Shown: positions 62,685 through 64,000 of the stretch, one piece after another | Layout of the letters: the number at the start of each line of letters is the position of its first letter | Numbering within the stretch: the stretch's first letter is position 1 | The notes under the pieces: model-generated | Database searches by the model: none | What the model was told of the DNA's origin: nothing | Seen by the model: only the letters and a program-made list of their open reading frames with translations | Translations under genes and position numbers: made by a program | Assembly: GCA_951406725.2 (NCBI GenBank) | Contig: OX597817.1 | Location: forward strand, 53,506,001 to 53,570,000 | Length of the DNA stretch: 64,000 bases | Source of the DNA: Octopus vulgaris | Lineage: Eukaryota | Direction: 5' to 3'

Positions 62685-63003
62685 CATCATCATTTAACGT
62701 CCGTTTTCCATGCTGCCATGGGTTTGCTGGTTTGACTGAGGTCTGGAGAGCCAGAAGGCTGCACCAGGCTCCAATCTGATCTGGCAATGTTTCTACATCT
62801 GGATGCCCTTCTTAATGCCAACCACTCCGAGAGTGTACTGGGTGCTTTTTATGTGCCACCGGCACGAGAGCCAGTCAGGCGGGCCTGGCATCGATCATGT
62901 TTGAATGGTGCTTTTTACATGCCACTGGTACAGGAGCCAGTTAGCCGGATCTGGCATCGACTACGTTCAGATGGAGCTTTTTATGTGCCACCAGCACGGG
63001 AAC
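62685..63003 (-). mobile_element. SINE family C
   Basis: Reverse complement of the family consensus. Confidence 0.8.
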
Positions 63004-63892
63004 CACATTCTGACTGTATATACATAGACATGTATACATACTTATTTGTATGTAAAATGTTTGTGTATATGTATGTGTGTGTATGTGAGAAAGAGAGAGA
63101 GAGAGACTAATGGGGTGAAGGGTTACTCAATCTCAGCACTACAATTAAGAGACTACCCACATACTGCATTGATTGTTTTAATTAATTGATGGGTGCAGAA
63201 ATGAGCCCCACTGCCAACAACAATTCAGCAGCCCTTTAAGGTGTGATGAATGGGCTGTCTCCTTTGATGTCATCACCACCGTCAGGTAAAAGACTAACCC
63301 CTGTCTTCCTAACGACAGAAACATTGATTGTGTTGTAAGATAAGATGACGAAAAGCAAAATGTTGTTTTAGGTGGGAATAAAAAAGTTTAAGAAAATTTT
63401 GGGGGGATAAGTTTTCCAAAGTCACGCATGGCTTGAATTGTTGTTGTTAGGGGAAATTGTTTATCTTTTTCTTACAGGTAGATGGATGTACCCATCTCTC
63501 CCTCACCATCCAAATATGTGAAAGGAGAAGCATTCCTCCATTCCTATTCAAACAAACTGGAGCAAGCCTTGATAGGAATATGCTATGTTCCAGGACAGTA
63601 TGATCAGCATTTGTAACTTATAAGCATGGGGCCAACGCCCTTCTGTTATGTTTGTGTGTGTGTGTATACACACACACACACACGTACATATACTGCCTCC
63701 TCCCCACAAACACTCGGTGGTGCCTAATATGGTTTCTGTCCATTGACTGGAAGCCGGAGTGTGTGTCGTATATGTGTGGTTATTATATGTGCATGTTACA
63801 ATGTAAAAATATGTGTAACAGCACTTCATAGTAGAGTGTAGATGTAGTGATTCGTCACTGTCATATTTATATATATAATACTTTATTTTTGA

Positions 63893-63973
63893 AGCTCTGA
63901 TGAATCTATAGAGTGATACACAAGCACCCAACTATGAGTGCATTGCATCCTATAGCAGAAACAACTGTAAGCT
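63893..63973 (+). ncRNA. Type I hammerhead ribozyme motif, core intact
   Basis: AGCT-CTGATGA-(stem II closed by CTATAG 63906-11 and CTATAG 63950-55)-GAAA-CAACTG-TA-AGCT. Stem I is 4 bp, stem III is ACA/TGT, and the cleavage triplet is GUA. Confidence 0.7.
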
Positions 63974-64000
63974 AGTGAGGTTTCTGACCTAACCTCTTAT

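Noticed and set aside
63478-63620. Strong acceptor (cttacag) followed by MDVPISPSPSKY-like sequence
   Set aside because: The protein-like frame needs a second AG 4 nt downstream and has no good donor before a stop. The phase-0 reading from the main acceptor is unconvincing.

Overview
AT-rich, microsatellite-dense eukaryotic DNA with no prokaryotic features. The SINE repertoire and the (TA)n/(CA)n load suggest a coleoid cephalopod, probably Octopus (inference). The window lies inside one large + strand gene encoding an LRCH-type protein (leucine-rich repeat and calponin-homology domain). Four phase-compatible coding exons were read by eye (21812-21948, 28211-28335, 31966-32080, 46356-46544), plus a probable 48-nt exon (56840-56887). 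The gene start and the CH domain lie outside the window. Nearly all ORFs in the supplied track are microsatellite or SINE artefacts. The introns hold about four SINE families, hAT- and piggyBac-type MITEs, Helitron pieces, Tc1/mariner and Merlin transposase relics and a 30-bp minisatellite. Two signals stand out. (1) A series of frame-preserving candidate micro-exons of 3, 3, 33, 27, 6, 6, 9 and 6 nt, mostly with good splice signals. (2) Many minimal type-I hammerhead-ribozyme motifs of the Penelope-like-element kind. Several sit in long fold-back palindromes that all share one polarity, one family carries a CUGUNGA core variant, and one near-intact copy lies on the intron's sense strand. All coordinates were counted by hand and repeat boundaries are approximate.
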